A DNA stretch of 64,000 nucleotides from Nemertoderma westbladi (taxonomy: Eukaryota; Animalia; Xenacoelomorpha): positions 1-64,000 of the forward strand of contig JAUCBJ010000021.1 in the NCBI GenBank assembly GCA_032718475.1. The letters are read 5' to 3'. The notes under the pieces are model-generated. The model was not told the origin of the DNA and ran no database searches. It saw only the letters and a list, made by a program, of their open reading frames with translations. Shown piece by piece: positions 13,567 through 26,086 of this stretch. A program made the translations under genes and the position numbers. Position 1 is the first letter of the stretch; the number at the start of each line of letters is the position of its first letter.

Positions 13567-14721
13567 TGTTCGCGCTTTTAGACCTTTAGCAGTTTAACCT
13601 GCCAATTTTAATTGTCTTTTTTGTATATCAATTATTTAATGTACTGAAGTTACATCAGCCGAAGCCAGCCTGTGCGCGATCATTCACCCACAGTTAAGGG
13701 AGACTGGATTCGGATGCTTTGATAGTGAGTGCAGTGTAGACCTACTGTATTATTCGATTGATCGTTAATATATAATCTCTGACAATATATTTACTTTTGG
13801 GGAAATATTAACAGTTCCTTTAGGACGTGGCGCTTTAAGTATAAAACAGTTATGACTTATACTAATCACAACTGGATGGCTACTGAGTTTCGTAAAAAGC
13901 GCATTCTTTAGGAGATGCTTTATTAACCTTCACACTACTTCACACGACTTCACACTAGTTCACACTACTGCGCACTGATCTGCCGACCATCACTGAATTT
14001 GATCATATATAAGGAGGATCGCAACTGACACATGTAGGGATTATGAAATAGCATTCAATTCACACAAAAACCACTATAATGTAAGTCGCAGTTGCTACCG
14101 GTAAACCTATTCCTCTAACCTTTAGTAATCAAAGAGATTGAGGGTTTTATGATTATTCATCGGTATTCTCCAAATATATCAGCAATATATACCAACATTA
14201 CACCAAGTAATAACAGAATCAAATAATGCGGTGAACAGTCAGTATGTGTTACATGAAGTATGATTCAGCAATGATTCAGTAGTTGAATTGTTAATAGTTT
14301 TACGTTCTTTTAATCAAAGCCATCTGATGTTTCTGATGTTTAGGTCAAAGTCTGAAACTTCCACAGAAGTACAGAAGAATCCTAAGCCGGTGTTCTGGGC
14401 TTAGAAAAGATACACACTGACTGAATTGCGTGAGTTTCTGTAGGCACTGTCCAACACAAAGTGAAAATCGCTCTGATTGGTCGAGCGAGCCGAACAAAGA
14501 ACAAAGAAAAGCTCCACGCTGGCATTAAATCAGCTGACAGATTTCGTCATCTGAGTTACAGTCTTTAGAGTATTAAGCGAATTGCGGCAAAATGGCTAGT
14601 TATGTCCGCTAAAGCACGCATACAGACATAACAGGTAAAAATGGCTTGTTATGTCCGCTAAAAGCACCTACACGGTACATTGCGGAGAAAATGACTGGTT
14701 ATATCCGCAAAAGCTTTTACA
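13567..14721 (-). repeat. Element A 5' LTR (1155 bp)
   Basis: Sense TGTAAAAG...GCGCGAACA; repeat of 2282-3438. Confidence 0.95.
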
Positions 14722-14898
14722 GTACTGTACCTAGTAATTAATACCTTTGAAATTGACGACTTTGTTTATTACCCAACGGGTATAAAATGGTTGGAATTAA
14801 ATATACAAATGAAATATAAATACACCGTTTTTAAATGTATGTACAGTAAAATAAAATAAGTTTACCACTATATTTAAAAATAATTGTAAGTTAATATT

Positions 14899-17480
14899 TT
14901 AGACGGTTGTTTGCGATGGAATTCTTGATTGAAGGTGGAAAGCTAAAGCCAAGGCTGTGTTGTAAGCGGGGATTGCCGGGCAAAGAAGCGCATGGCAGAT
15001 ATCCATGGCAGCCTCGCCACAGAGACTGCAAATGCATGAACTGTCTGGTCTCGAACACCGCTCGGTAGAACAGAGACGATGGTGGAAACCGTTTGAGATG
15101 TATTGCGCTGCAACTCGGCGACGCTGACCCGCTAGGTTGGCCAACGATATCGCAGCAGTTGAGGGGTGATCCACGGCAGCCAATATTTTGGTCGTGGAAG
15201 CGTACTTGCTTACGCCACTCCAGAGCTTCCAGTAAAATCCTCGTACCTTTACAACGTGCTGTAATTGGAGGAGTTGTTCATTGGAGGAGTTTCCAAAAGT
15301 CGAGCAACCGTATGTTGCCGCCGGCAGTATAACTAGTGACCATAGTTTGGTAGCTGTTGCCATGGAGACTATATTTAAATTAACCAGGTAAGCTATTCGC
15401 ATGCAAGAAGCTATACCGCGGGATTGGAGGTGCAAGTAGTGATTACCTGGCGTATTAGTGGTGAATAGTACTACCCCAAGGTAGTTAAATTTATTCACAA
15501 ATGGTAGCTAGTGTCCATTAAATGTTAATTTATCATCTCGCAATAAATGCCCCAGTTTCGGAATTTGACCACCTTTGTTTTAGATAGATTTACTGTCAGG
15601 TCATTGGTCTTAAAGTAGTCCGCTAGGTTGTTTAGTGCCGCTTGTACCGTGTCGATTGAAGTTCCGTATATTACAAGGTCGTCAGCGTAGAGCAACACAC
15701 GTATTCCTATTATGATAGTAAGAGCTGCTGGGAGGTCCGCAATGAAAAGACTGAATAGGAGTGGTGACAATTTGTCGCCCTGTACGACGCCGACCATCTG
15801 CACTATTGGGTCTAGAATGTAAGTGCCGATACATACTCGTAATAAATTTGTGGCAAATAGTGCCCATATTGCTGTGATAAACATTCGCCTGACGCCAAGT
15901 TGACCGAGTTTCTTGCAAAGTATTTCTCTGTTGACCGAGTCAAATGCCTTGGTATAGTCCACAAAAACGCAGTACAATTTACCGCCAGGGGTTCCCAACG
16001 TGTTAGATATCGCATTATATATAATCTTTATGGCCATCAATGTGGAGCGGTTTTTGCGAAAGCCGTATTGTTCCTCCGGAAAGAGTAGGTTTTTCTCCGC
16101 CCACGCATAGAGTCTGTTGAATAGAATTGTAGTCTACGTTTTGAGCAGACATGATAGCAAGGCAATACCCCGGTACGAGTCCGCCAGTAGCTTCGAAGCC
16201 TTTACCCTTGTACAGGGGGATAATGAATGATGTTAGCCAGGCTGCAGGGCATGTGGTGTTCACGAAACACATTGAGAATAAAGTCCATAGAAAAGGGAGA
16301 AGGTGACCAAAACCTGCTTTAAGTGGCTCATTCGTTATTCCATCAGGGCCTGGCGCTTTTCCAACTTTCTGACTGGCGACCGTTGCTGTAACCTCAGCAG
16401 CGGTTATGGATGCATCCAAGTCAGCGTCGCCATTGGTTGGGGTACCGGGAAGTTTTGGGGTGTCGCTTTTATTGAATAGGCCGGCAAAATGGCTCGACCA
16501 GGAGTCTGCGGACACTTGCTGAGATACAGTTATTTGTTTCTTTGTCTTTAAGATGTTCCAGAATTCTTTGTTGTCTGACTCACACCGATTTATAAGAGTA
16601 CTTTCTTTTTCTTGTAGGTATAACTTTTTCTTTGCAGAAAGCAGTGCCTTATATTTCTTCTGGAGTAGTCTGTAAGAGTTTAGATTGGCGGTGGAAGCAT
16701 CAGACTTTAGTGAGGTTCTAGAATTCTTTAACTCTCGATTCAACTTATAGCATTCACCATCAAACCAGGTCTTAGCTTTCCTTTTGGGCAATTTAACAGC
16801 TGATTTCGTAATGGCTTCGGTGATGAACGAACAGACTGAGTTTACACCGAGGTTTACAGTTTCAAGGAAGGTTACTGGGTTGAGGAAAGAGGCCAGCTTG
16901 TCCGTGTCGATTTTACGTATCATTGCTTTACGGATTTCCCTTAAATTATTCTTATCATTGGTCGGAAAGTTAATTTGAATTCGTTGGTATTTACTGTTTA
17001 TTGTTGGAACCACAGAAACCATTACATAGTCACTTTGGCTGCTACTGATAAAAGTGAGGTCTATAACGCTGGTACCATTCCAACATATATATGTTGGTAT
17101 CTCTGGGTTGGTTAAACATACAAGGTCAGAGCCTAAAAGACTGTCACTTAAAGTATCTCCCCTGGTGCTGTCGCCATCTAACCTGCAGTTAAAGTCACCA
17201 GCCAATAATATTGGGGATGTTGACATTGACTTGACTTTCTGAAATACCATATTGAGCTCCAGTAGAATGTCCGTGACGTCGGTTCGAGGTTTACAGTAAG
17301 CTAGAATTATGCTCAGACTGGGAAGTTTGACAGCAATAACTGAGTTACTCGAGTGAATATGGCTGTGAGGTGCCTTAATTTGCGAGTGAATAGCAATACA
17401 TAGACCCCGGATGGTCGGCCATGATCTCTCTTACCACATGGTACATTATAGCATTTGTACCCGTCAATGTGCGGATCATC
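14899..17480 (-). pseudogene. LINE ORF2 (AP endonuclease, reverse transcriptase, C-terminal Cys/His motif), frameshifted
   Basis: LLAGDFN, PTY..SVIDLTF, KAPGPDG, FVDYTKAFDSV, GVVQGDKLSPLLF, LYADD, FNYLG, CSLC..H...C. The 5' boundary is approximate. Confidence 0.9.
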
Positions 17481-17552
17481 TAGCTGGGTGCAAGGCGGAA
17501 TTCCTCGGACATTTCGGGGCGACGTAATCGTGTAGATCTACGGTGGAGGCCA

Positions 17553-18778
17553 TGTAAAAGCTTTTGCGTAATTAGCCGGTTATTATCCCCGTAAAGTACT
17601 CTGTGGTTGGTTTACCAGGCATAAAAAGGCCGTGTCCTTGCTGTACTGGTGTTTTGGAGGACATAAAAGCCATTTCTTCTGTATTTGTACTTTAGAGGAC
17701 ATAATCTGTAATTTCGTGACGTAAAAAGCTCGATACTCTTGAAAACAGTGTCGCTACCATGACGATGGCTAACGGCTGATATTGCCACGTTGCCCCATAG
17801 CCCTGCTTTCTGTATCTGCCAATAGGATTTGAGTTGGTTTTGATTTTGACCTATCACAGATCTACTGAACTGAATTTCCTATCTGTATGTTCATTCTCTG
17901 TGGTGGGTGAGATCTTTGTAGAATAAGGGTAGCTGGTATTCTTATAGTTATTCTTATCAGTTTTTAGTGTTGTTGGTGATTCTAAGCCAGGAAGAACGGC
18001 TTTAGCCCTACACTAGTAGGCTTAATTATAAGGACATATATCCGTTATCTGCATTTATCACAACATAACATACCATACCTAATCAAACAACCTGTGCATA
18101 CTTTATATTGTTATACTGCTATTTACTGTCAGTTCTTCATAATATGGTTGATGAATTATTATATTTGGAATAACGATAAATAACCCCGAAACCCAATATT
18201 CTTGATATACCGAAGGTAAGAGAGAAGGGTTACATATAACAATTGTGACTTATGTTACAGTGGTTTGAAGTGAATCTAATGTTATTTGATAGACCCTACA
18301 TGATTCGGTCCGTGTTCCTTTTATATGTGACTAAAATCAGTGAAGATCGGCAGATTAGTGTGCAGTATTGTGCAGCATTGTGTATGAGTGAGACTGATAA
18401 CGAAGCATTTCCTAAAGAATGCGCCATATATGTGAATTATAACTAAGCCATATCGTTGTGAGTAGTTTAAGTCATAACTCTGTTTATATAGATAGAGCGC
18501 CACGTCCTAAAGGAACTGTTAATATTTCCCGAAGGTGAATAATATTGTCAGAGATTATATAATACTGTCAGTCGAATAATACATTAGGCTTACATAGCAA
18601 TAAGATTAAGCCGTCGAACCCAATCTCCCGGGTATATCCAGCGGGTGAATGATCGCGCACAGATTGGTTTCGACTAGTGTAGTGAATTAAATACTTGTCA
18701 TAGGCTAAAGGTGATTTATTATCTAGAAGACATCCTAATTTGGCGGGTTAAACTGCCAAAGGTCTGAAAGCGCGAACA
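17553..18778 (+). repeat. Element B 5' LTR
   Basis: TGTAAAAG...GCGCGAACA; about 5 substitutions versus 29149-30374 by eye. Confidence 0.95.
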
Positions 18779-18789
18779 ATAACGGATAT
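18779..18789 (+). other. Element B non-tRNA primer-binding site (ATAACGGATAT)
   Basis: Abuts the 5' LTR; 11/11 complementary to ATATCCGTTAT at 18038-18048. Confidence 0.85.
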
Positions 18790-18925
18790 TTAGTCTGTAT
18801 TGCAGTGTAGGCATTAAATACAGTTTAATATTGTTCTGGTAAGAACATTAAAGGATATAGCTTCTTTATTGCAGTAAGCAATAAAGTTGAAAGTACCGGT
18901 CAACCGGTAAACCTGAACGGTCCAT

Positions 18926-19039
18926 CTGTAGGTCGGTAGGCCCAACTGCCAGAACCGGTACTGCTGTAGGCCCGTAGGTCCAACTGCCAGAACCGGTACT
19001 TCTGTAGGTCTGTAGGCCTAACTGTCCTAACCGGTACTT
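18926..19039 (+). repeat. 3 x 38-bp tandem repeat in the B leader
   Basis: Units resembling CTGTAGG..GTAGG...AACTG....AACCGGTACT start at 18926, 18964 and 19002. Confidence 0.9.
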
Positions 19040-19211
19040 CCGTATAAGTACAGCAGTATTATTCGATTTGATTATATATGCCGGTAGGTCTTAATAATTA
19101 ATCGGGGACGCCTGGTTTTTATTGGGATTTTACTTAGGCCTATTTCTGTCAGTTTTATTTATTTGTAGGTCAGTATTGAACAGAAGGCGTGTAAGCCTGA
19201 TCAGATTGTGC

Positions 19212-19786
19212 AGACAATTAGTAGGCTGAGCTGTTGTCTGATTGCTGTTAGGTCTGAACGGATTGCAGTGTGTGTAGATCAACTGTCCGATAAAGAACGG
19301 TTAGGAAGTAGGGGCAGCGAATGCTGTAAGGTAAACCCCCAACTAAAGAATAAGTCGTACTACTGGGTTAGAACGCATACTACCTAATTATTTCGGAGTC
19401 TGCATGTCCTGTAGTTTATTTAGGCTTGAGAGTAGTCTGCCATCGTTTAGTCTGTACTTTGTTTGTGTAAGTCTGTACGGGTAGCGTATAATATTTATTT
19501 AGATAATTTGTAGGCTGGATAGTTGTCTGGCTGTTATTGGGTCTGAATGGATTGCAGCGTGTGTAGATCACTTGTCCGATAAAGAACGGTTAGGAAGTAG
19601 GGGCAGCGAATGCTGTAAGGTAAACCCCCAACTAAAGAATAAGTCGTACTACTGGGTTAGAACGCATACTACCTAATTATTTCGGAGTCTGCATATACCG
19701 TAGTTTGTTTAGGCTTGATAGTAGTCTGTCAGTGTTCGGTCTGCATTTTGTTTGAGTAGTTTGTACACGTAGCGTAATATTTATTA
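19212..19786 (+). repeat. ~289-bp tandem duplication in the B leader
   Basis: 19212-19500 repeats at 19501-19786; A has a single copy at about 13010-13280. Confidence 0.9.
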
Positions 19787-21097
19787 TTCAGAGTTTATGC
19801 GATTATTCGCAACATTCATTCCCCAAGTTTGTTCCTACAATAATTGTGTTTGTTATACATACCGCTATAGTTAAATTAACCCTGGTTCTACACGGGCTGC
19901 TTGGCGTAGGTAAAGACTGGTGATTTTGTGCATCGGTCACTCCAGCAGATGCCGTGGTTCTTTTAGCTGTTCAAGTATATTTAACTACTGATTATATGTT
20001 ATACAAGTACTCGTACCTAATTTAGGGTTTAGTGTACAGTGCTTTCCGAAAGTAATTAGTGTAGGCATTACATTTGTGGTGTAAAGTGGTTAATAGGCAC
20101 GTTCGATTAGCTCTATTAACTTCTAGGTAGGAACACTCCGTGATACATAACGTAGTACCTATAGCGATACGGCTATAGGTCGTCAGGCGGTGGTATTTTC
20201 CTATCTGGACAACGCAGTGTATTTACTACTACTTATTATTTCAAATACCGTAGTACCCTGTCCGTTGTAATAACCAGATTTCTAACCCTTTGTTAGGCTG
20301 GTTTGTAGACTTCTTGTAAAATTACCCTAAAAATTAGTATTTTGTGTTTTTTGTAAATTTTTGTGTTTATTTAGAGATTGTAATCTCAACCCGAATTGTA
20401 CGTAATTTGTAGTATTAAGTAACTTAGGTAAATTAGAATTATTTGTTTTAGTGTCCTATAAGTAACACTTCACTGAAAGCGCACCGCTTTGTGTAGTGAT
20501 TACTCCCCAGAAATAATAACATTTATTTCAAACATTGACAAAACCCATTAAAACGGGTATATATATATTATAAATCAAATCTAACGATTTATAAATAGTA
20601 GGCCTACCATACAACCATTAGGTCTCAATATCAGTTGGATTACTGCTCAAATAACGGTAATAAAGTAAGTAAAGTAACCAAGTAACTCTAAAATTCAGAA
20701 ATTCAATTATTTAAAATAATTGATATACCGGTATTTACGATAGGCCTATTATCTTTATTTCTATAAATTTAGGCTGAAATTATACCGGTACTTGTAATTA
20801 ATTCTAGTTCAGAATTATATATACTACAAACTGTAAGCTGTATACCGGTATTCCCGATAGGCCTATTATATATTTATATATTTGTGCTAAAATTATACCG
20901 GTATTCTGTGACAAACCTAGTCTGTAATAATACTTATATATACCATAAGCATACCGGTGTTCTAATATATTATATATATATCCTACTACATTGAGTAGCA
21001 GTATCGGTAATTAATTACTAGGCTAGCAGTTAATACTGAGTTACTAGACTTGCTCAGACTGTAATACAGCAGTAGACATTCAACGGTATACGTAGAC

Positions 21098-24000
21098 ATG
21101 TCTGATACTAAGCAGAACCTGTCAGACAGTTTATTAGATGTAACTATCTGCGACTCAGATAGAGACGTAGAACCGTCTGGTCGTAAGTTCAGTTCACCTC
21201 CCACTGTGAGGAAGGTCATCCCTCCTGTAGTAATAACAGAACCTAGGCTGGTCCAACATCGTAGGTCTATCATAGGCACTCGAGCTCAGGTCAAGCGGGA
21301 CCAAGAAGCAGCAGAACAGCAACAACCCACGAGCCAAGAACTTACTTCTCAACGGCCCAACAGCTCCAGTAGTGAAGCGACTGTAGAACTGACACCCGAG
21401 CGCGGAGCAAAGATGACGGATGCGGTTTATACGGATCCCCTTCTCATCCTTCCTGCAGCCGTACTCACCAGGTTATTGATCGCTGTGGAAGAACACCAGA
21501 TCGATTGGGCGAGAAGCCAGCGTTCAACTAGAGATAGTTATGCTGGATACACAAGGGAAGAACTGAAGTCTATTGTCGAGTCGCAATGGAACTTCCCCGG
21601 ACCCGGACTCCCGTTTGATTTATCAGAAGCTGCCTGGGAAGACATACACCGGATGGGAGTAGCCAAGGAAACCATCGATCCAGCTGTGTGGAAGAGGTCC
21701 GCAGGGATTCGCACAGGGATTCTTCAGCTCTATAGAGCGATTAAAAGAACAACTGTTTCAACAACCTCAAGGACCTCAAGAGCAGGGATTGCTGCTTTAT
21801 CAAGTTAGAGAAAGAATTCTACGAATCAGGCTAATATTATCGGCCTTTGAGGAGGCTTCTAAACGAAGACAAGACACGTCGTTGCAAGTTGCCGTAAAGG
21901 CTTGGTTTCAACGGGTGAGTCTCCAGGTTCAAGGAACAGCTCAGTGGAAAGCTCAGCTGGAGGAGCGATCAACCCATGGAGAATCAACAGACGCTACTTT
22001 TTCCCAAGTGGAAAGTGAAGCGACGGCAGAGAAACCACATAAGAGGGATGCCATTGACATCTATCTGTCAGACTATCAGCGTTTTTTAGGTGATGACGAG
22101 TTGAGGAGAAGGTTAGAGGGACTTAGCCCTAATAGTGAAGGAACCAAGCTTGTGTTGGATGCCATCGATGTGGAAATGAGGGCTGCGAATCAGGCTAAAT
22201 TCGATGAACAACTCCGCATCACACGAGTCCAAGAAGAGCAAGTAAAGAAAAAACGTATAGAAGACAGAAAGAAAGCAGCAGTGGTAGCTGCAGAAGCAGA
22301 AAGAAAAGCGGCAGCGGCAGAGGCAGCAGCAGAGGCAAAAGCGGCAGCGGCAGCGGCAGAAGCAAAAGCGGCAGCGGCAGAGGCAAAGGCGGCAGAGGCA
22401 GCAGCAGAGGCAAAAGCGGCAGCGGCAGCGGCAGAGGCAAAAGCGGCAGCGGCAGCGGCAGCGGCAGCGGCAGCGGCAGAAGCAAAGGCAGCCGAGGCTG
22501 AGAGAAAGGCCGCAGAGGCAGTGGCAGAAGCCGAACGGAGAGCGACTGAAGAAACCACCCAATTAGAATTGGAAACATTCAGGAGAATCAAGACTGCATA
22601 AATAAACAGTTAACAGCTAGTAATATGCAGATGATGAATCGATCTACTCCCAAAAGACAGGGATATACATCATCTGAGGAAGGCGATACCACCGATACTG
22701 AAGGCAAGGGAAATAGATCTCGTCTAAGTAGACGTAAAAGAACATTCCACCGTCAGAAATTGCCTGATTTGCCTCCAGCTGTTAGAAGGCAACTAAATAA
22801 CACCAACTTAGGTAGTACAGAGCCCACAGACCAAACAATTAAAATAGAATGACTCCCTACGATAGTAGATGAGCCTGAAATAATTAGGCCTGTTCTTGAA
22901 ATCACCTCTTCGGTGATAGACACACCTGTGCTCCCTGAGACTACCTCTAAATTCCCTCTGCATAGCACTAAGCTACCTGTGCCCCGTAGAACTGCCCAGG
23001 AGACAGTTCAGGTCCTGGACCCCGAGCGAAATATTCATAATTTGTCGCCCGTTGTCCCTCGTCCGCCCGCTACAACGTTGGCGACTCCCGCTTCGGCGGT
23101 CGAATGGGTGGATGAGAGACGGCGGGGGATGGATCTCCTGCTCGGGCAGATGCAGGAGACTGTCCAGCAGCTCAAGGGAACAGTCAGGGAAAGTAGGTTA
23201 GAGTTGCAAAAGGTGCAGCAAGGTATCGCGTTAGAACGCGATAAATTAGTCAATTTACAAAAGGGTATACCACCACCCCCTGTAACAATGTGTCAACCTG
23301 TTAGGTCTGAAGTATTTCATGCGCAAGGTGTGGAGCCTACACGCATCTATACTGCTAGTGAAGTAGAAACTCCTATAGTAAACCCTATTCAGGGTAATTA
23401 TAAACCTGTTGATAATGATATTCCATATAGACCTGATCATAATCCGAGAAATTTATATACCGATAATTCTATATTCAATAATACGATGGTTCAAGAAAGT
23501 TTTACGCGTCAAATGGCTAGAACCGAAGTCCGTCAAGCGGTAAAGGTTGGAGAGATCGTCAAGTTCAATGGAGATGAGATGAAATGGTTACCTTTTAATG
23601 AATATTACAAAGATAACATACAGAACTCTGTACTATCTAACGGAGAGAAACTTAGATTCCTCATCGAATGTTTGGAAGGACCTCCCAAGTCAATGGCGTT
23701 AAAATTTATTGGACATCCAGATGGATTAAGACAAGTTTGGGATACACTAAACATCAGGTATGGTAATAAGACTAACATAGCTAGGTATTTATATGCGAAA
23801 TTAATGGCGCCCCGAAAGTTTCTTAGCAGCGGGATTATAGAGTTTTCCGATGAGATTCAGGAGATCTGTAGACAACTAGATTGGTTAGGTAAGTCTCATG
23901 AATACCAGAATTCTATGGTTGTAGGAGCCTTAGCATCTACTTTGCCCAAGGGTGGAGTAGGTACACGCTGGTACAAGAAGGTGTTATATATGATGGAACA

Positions 24001-26086
24001 ACAACGACGAGACCCTACCATGACTGATCTCATGTCATTCTTAGATAGAGAAGTGAAATTACAGCTCCTAAGGCAGTCCAGAGAGAAGACATTGGAAAAC
24101 AAGGTAAGTGAGAAACCCGTTTCTAGGAGAAGGGTAACACCAGTATGGTATACCGACGACGGTGAAAGCCAAACTTCTCAAGGAGAGGACAGCGGGAAAG
24201 ACACTGACAGATCTTATTATGTCAATAAAATGCCTAAAGATCAGGTAAGTATTCCGAGTCTCGACCCAATGACAGAAGGGAACCGGTACAAAAAACCCTT
24301 CCTACGTCTCCTAAAAGAATTCAGGTGAGAAAGCCCGAGGAAAGAACAAGTGTGCACCACATAGCACAGGTTAAAGTAAGTAACATCAAGCCGAAATGTG
24401 TGCTGTGCGACGGGCCCCACCGTTTAAATGCGTGTGATAAATTCCTGAGGAAATCACTAAAGGATAGACGTGAAGTCATGTGGGATAAGCGGTTGTGTTA
24501 TAATTGCCTCAGACGAGGACACCAACGGCGAACCTGTTACTCCGACGCAAGGTGTGCAAAGTGCGGCGCAAAACATCATATCTTGTTGCACACGGAATTC
24601 GAACGAAACAGCCCGACCTGATCAATCTGAGATGGAAGGATTCTATATGGACGAGTTCTCCGACGAAAACGAATCCTGTTACTTAATAAACACCACCGCA
24701 GTGTATCGAGCACTCATGTATGAGAAAGACACAGACAGCGACCTCACCCTAACTACTTCAGATCAACAACCATCTTGGAAAGCGCCAACTTCCAATATAG
24801 GAATCCGAGAATTTCCTGTAGTCCAGTTACGGGTCCACGGACCTCAGAAGAGCTATATAGTGAACGCCCTCCTGGACTCCGGTAGCACAGGAACATTCAT
24901 CGATAAAGAACTAGCCGAAGTCATCTTTGCTGGACAACCCAAGTTCCGAACCAAGCTAAACATGTCAGGGATCATACAGGTTTGGAATTCTACTGTAGCT
25001 GCCGACTATTATATAGGTGAGTTGTCCACTCCACAGGATAAACTAGGAGAATACAGTATAAGGTCAGTAAAAATGGTAGCAATAAAGAACTTCGCTACCA
25101 CCCAAGTGGAACCTTATAATTGGGACGAAGATGATCATGCCCAACAACTTAACATCCCTAGATTCGACACCGATTATCCTGGAGTACAAATATTAATCGG
25201 TCAAAACGCGCATGAGGCGCTGGAGACATTAGAGAAACGACCTACTCAACCGCAACCACTTCAGACCTATGCGGTAAGAACTAGAGTAGGTTGGTACCTT
25301 ACTGGACCTTCCCGTAGAACGCTCAGAGAAAGACTGCTTCAAGATCGCGTCTGCCAGGTGAGTGAATGGGAAGATGATACTAGTGAGGGAGACGACCCAA
25401 CTGAGGGAACACCATACTCCTCAGATAATGACGATATTAGCTCCAATGTAGATCAATGGAGATATTGCCCCAAGAAGTTTAATCCAACTGACATCGCTTC
25501 CAGAGGAGCAACTCCTCAAGAACTGACAGATACTACAGACCGGTTAGGTGAACCCGACTTCCTGAGTAAGGAGGATGAATGGCCTCCCCATCTTACTCCG
25601 ACTGAGATTAGACCAGCCAAGGGAGCGGAGAAAGTCAAACCTAAAACCCGGACGGGTGGATCGGAGTTATTTGAACCCGGGATAGATCTGTCGGTATTAC
25701 ATATTGCCAGGGACGACGCCGTGGATCTGGACCTCCCCACCGCGAGTGGATCCTTCATGAAGATCAGAGAGAGCGATTGGAGCTCTGGAACATCAGACGT
25801 CTCGCAGGGATTCTCACCTCTCCTGCAGGGAGCGACGGACCACTATAGCTCCTGGAATCGACTTTGTAAGGCCGTCGTGTACTTAGAGCGATGTTTCTAT
25901 CGTCACTATTCCAGGACGAAGAGGAAACCTGGAATTGTATTCGGGATGCAGCGACTCAATCGCCCAGCTGGTCGTTTGTGTTTACCGGAAGGGAATGGAG
26001 GACTCTCCGGAAACTGTGGAAGGCAAGATTCTCTTCCCACGACCACCTCCCTAATCCTTCAAACATCTAGGGACTCCATAACGTAA
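21098..26086 (+). pseudogene. gag-pro: Element B gag-protease-(deleted pol) polyprotein, broken by stops and frameshifts
   Basis: Same motifs and the same two deletions as A; ORFs 21098-21808, 21789-22601, 22625-22852, 22913-24328, 24325-24621, 24470-26086. Confidence 0.9.

Larger units (their letters stand above)
2282..14721 (-). mobile_element. Element A: non-autonomous BEL/Pao LTR retrotransposon (Gag-PR only)
   Basis: Two LTRs (TG...CA); TSD GTACT at 2277-2281 and 14722-14726; BEL-type Gag with three Cys/His knuckles; protease ALLDSGS; no RT or integrase core. Confidence 0.95.

Noticed and set aside
17612-18503. Short ORFs duplicated in LTRs (also 29208-30099, 36364-36567, 51005-51235)
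   Set aside because: Duplicated only because the LTRs are; no recognisable motifs.
22113-22591. Cys-Arg, Leu-Pro and poly-Ala ORFs on the opposite strand (also 10334-10551)
   Set aside because: Shadow frames of the GCGGCA repeat inside gag.
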